From the NCBI GenBank assembly GCA_000634415.1, contig JFNH01000096.1:47682-111681 (forward strand): a stretch of 64,000 nucleotides of DNA, read 5' to 3'. Positions 61,602 through 64,000 of the stretch are shown here, in pieces. The stretch comes from Prochlorococcus sp. scB245a_519A13. Its GTDB lineage: Bacteria; Cyanobacteriota; Cyanobacteriia; PCC-6307; Cyanobiaceae. How positions within the stretch are numbered: position 1 is the first letter of the stretch; every line of letters begins with the position of its first letter. The notes beneath the pieces were generated by a model. That model worked only from the letters and a program-made list of their open reading frames with translations. It did not search any database and was not told where the DNA came from. The position numbers and the translations under genes are program-made.

Positions 61602-62297
61602 ATGGAAAGAGTCCCCGAACCTGAATTAATGGAAGAAAAAGAGCAGGTCATTTCTTATGACGAAGCTGATTTTTCAGAAGGGGAAGTTAATCTAATTAAT
61701 CAAATAAATCAATACCTTTTGAAAAAAAATATTTCTTTAGGTGAAAAAGATTTAATAGTGGATTTAGGATGTGGCCCAGGAAATATTTCTGAGAAGTTAG
61801 CAATAAAATGGCCTAATACTGCAGTCGTAGGAATAGATGGTTCTAAAGAGATGATTTTGAGAGCAGAATACAATAAAAGTATTTCTAATAATCAAAAAAA
61901 ATTAAAAAATTTACGCTACATTTGTTCTGACATCAAAGACATTAAATCAAATAATTTTTTATTTAAAAAAAGAATTAGTTTACTTGTAAGCAACAGTTTG
62001 ATTCATCACATTACCAATCTTGAAGATTTCTTCAACACAATAAGAATTTTATCTAGCAATATTACTGTAAATTTTCACAAGGACTTAAAAAGGCCATTAG
62101 ATGAAAAGTCTGCTTTAGAACTCAAAGCACAATGTTCAACTAAATATAATGAGATTTTAACTAATGATTATTATGCCTCTTTAAGAGCTTCTTATACTTT
62201 TAAAGAGTTAAAAAATTTCATCTTAGAGAATAATCTATCCTCTTTAGATGTGTTTGAGGAAGGTGAAAATTATTTAATAGTCTATGGTAATGTTTAA
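61602..62297 (+). CDS. Class I SAM-dependent methyltransferase
   Basis: MERVPEPELM, VDLGCGPG, GIDGSKEM and SNSLIHH. Confidence 0.9.
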   Translation: MERVPEPELMEEKEQVISYDEADFSEGEVNLINQINQYLLKKNISLGEKDLIVDLGCGPGNISEKLAIKWPNTAVVGIDGSKEMILRAEYNKSISNNQKKLKNLRYICSDIKDIKSNNFLFKKRISLLVSNSLIHHITNLEDFFNTIRILSSNITVNFHKDLKRPLDEKSALELKAQCSTKYNEILTNDYYASLRASYTFKELKNFILENNLSSLDVFEEGENYLIVYGNV

Positions 62298-62328
62298 GAA
62301 CTAAGTGAAAGGCCCTTATATTATATAA

Positions 62329-63966
62329 ATGAGCTTAGGTACTAAAATTCTAAATAATAAAGAAATACTGGATGCGGTAAATAAAAGAAGAAATTTTGCT
62401 ATTATTTCACATCCAGATGCTGGGAAAACGACTCTTACCGAGAAACTTCTTTTGTATGGAGGTGCCATTCAACAGGCAGGAGCAGTAAAAGCTAGGGGTA
62501 ATCAGAGAAAAGCCACCTCAGACTGGATGGAACTTGAGAAACAAAGAGGTATTTCTATTACATCAACTGTATTGCAATTTGAATATGAAAGATCTGTAAT
62601 TAATCTATTAGATACACCAGGACACCAAGATTTCTCCGAAGATACTTATAGAACATTAGCTGCTGCTGATAATGCAGTTATGTTGGAAGATGCTGCTAAA
62701 GGACTAGAACCTCAAACTAGAAAATTGTTTGAAGTTTGCAAGATGCGAAAAATACCAATATTTACTTTCATAAATAAAATGGATAGACCAGGAAGAGAGC
62801 CATTTTCTTTACTTGATGAAATTGAATCAGAACTTGGATTAAATACCCTACCTATAAACTGGCCAATTGGGAGTGGTGAGGAATTTAGAGGGGTTATTGA
62901 TAGATTTTCGAGAGAGGTGATTTTATTTGATAAAGCAGTGAGAGGGAAACAATCGAATGAGAAAAGATTAAGTCTTGAAGATAAAGAGCTATCAAAATAT
63001 GTAGAGAGAGATTTACTTGAAAACTCACTTGAAGAATTGGAGGTTCTTGATGAGGCAGGATCTAAATTTGAAAAAGAAAAAGTTTTTAATGGCTCTTTAA
63101 CCCCAGTTTTCTTTGGATCTGCCATGACTAATTTTGGCGTAAGGCCATTTTTAGATAGTTTTTTAAAAATGGCACAAAAACCAACTTCAAGAAATAGTAA
63201 TAAAGGGGATATTGAACCTGCAAGCGATGAATTTAGTGGGTTTGTTTTTAAGCTTCAGGCAAATATGGATCCAAAGCACAGAGATAGGGTTGCTTTTATA
63301 AGAGTTTGTAGTGGCAAATTTGAAAAGGATATGTCAGTTAAACATTCCAGAACTGGGAAAACAATTAGATTATCAAGACCACAAAAAATATTTGGGCAAG
63401 ATAGAGAAGTAGTTGATGATGCCTATCCTGGAGATGTTATTGGTTTAAATAATCCAGGGATGTTTTCTATTGGAGATACTCTTTATACGGGTGCTCATCT
63501 GGAATATGAGGGCATACCATCCTTTAGTCCTGAAATATTCAGCTGGCTAAGAAATCCAAATCCCTCAGTATTTAAAAACTTTAGAAAGGGTGTTAATGAA
63601 CTTCGAGAAGAAGGAGCTGTTCAGATTCTTTATGACTTTGATGAGAGTAAAAGAGATCCTATACTCGCAGCCGTTGGTCAATTGCAGCTGGAGGTAGTAA
63701 CTCACAGATTAAAAAGTGAATATGGTGTAGATGCAAATCTTGAAGCAATGCCATATCAATTGGCTAGATGGATTTCTGATGGATGGCCAGCCATTGAAAA
63801 ACTAGGCAGAATATTCAACTGTAAAATAGTTAAAGATTGTTGGAATAGGCCAGTTATTCTTTTCAAAAATGAGTGGAATCTAAATCAGTTTGTTGAAGAC
63901 AATAATCAATTAAATTTAAACAAAGTTGCGCCCGTTGTTAGTGGAGTCGAACCAATTGTTTTATAA
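62329..63966 (+). CDS. prfC: Peptide chain release factor 3
   Basis: [27 protein letters not shown] and [10 protein letters not shown]. Confidence 0.98.
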   Translation: MSLGTKILNNKEILDAVNKRRNFAIISHPDAGKTTLTEKLLLYGGAIQQAGAVKARGNQRKATSDWMELEKQRGISITSTVLQFEYERSVINLLDTPGHQDFSEDTYRTLAAADNAVMLEDAAKGLEPQTRKLFEVCKMRKIPIFTFINKMDRPGREPFSLLDEIESELGLNTLPINWPIGSGEEFRGVIDRFSREVILFDKAVRGKQSNEKRLSLEDKELSKYVERDLLENSLEELEVLDEAGSKFEKEKVFNGSLTPVFFGSAMTNFGVRPFLDSFLKMAQKPTSRNSNKGDIEPASDEFSGFVFKLQANMDPKHRDRVAFIRVCSGKFEKDMSVKHSRTGKTIRLSRPQKIFGQDREVVDDAYPGDVIGLNNPGMFSIGDTLYTGAHLEYEGIPSFSPEIFSWLRNPNPSVFKNFRKGVNELREEGAVQILYDFDESKRDPILAAVGQLQLEVVTHRLKSEYGVDANLEAMPYQLARWISDGWPAIEKLGRIFNCKIVKDCWNRPVILFKNEWNLNQFVEDNNQLNLNKVAPVVSGVEPIVL

Positions 63967-64000
63967 AGTCTTAATGGATTATAAAATTAGTTAATCTGTT

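Overview
This is an AT-rich, densely coding cyanobacterial chromosome segment. The Pcb chlorophyll a/b antenna gene, class II RNR, lycopene cyclase, low GC and compact gene order point to a high-light Prochlorococcus (inference). Most of the window is core genome: glk (partial), thrS, trpS, Mn/Zn ABC transporter, lepB, menD/menB, glgA, murF, glmU, aroA, comB, nitrilase, amidase, murI, sds, acs, hisS, pcb, gltS, crtL, mscS, fur, arsS, stpA, metY/metA, sulP, cbiX, gloA, tRNA-Ser(UGA), nrdJ and prfC. I saw no CRISPR array, IS element, integrase or prophage. The most interesting signals are: (1) a 502-aa hypothetical protein that keeps the ordered catalytic motifs of GpsA-type glycerol-3-phosphate dehydrogenases and lies head-to-head with a stpA-arsS pair; (2) a glutamine-riboswitch (Downstream-peptide/Yfr6-type) unit with an NtcA box over its predicted start site and a 33-aa YRG peptide missing from the ORF track; (3) an RHH-like plus GIY-YIG-like two-gene operon with a phased palindrome array upstream; (4) clustered DnaA-box-like 9-mers away from any origin gene; (5) a probable ATT start for comB; (6) a homopolymer frameshift in an SDR gene. 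All calls come from reading motifs by eye; no searches were run.
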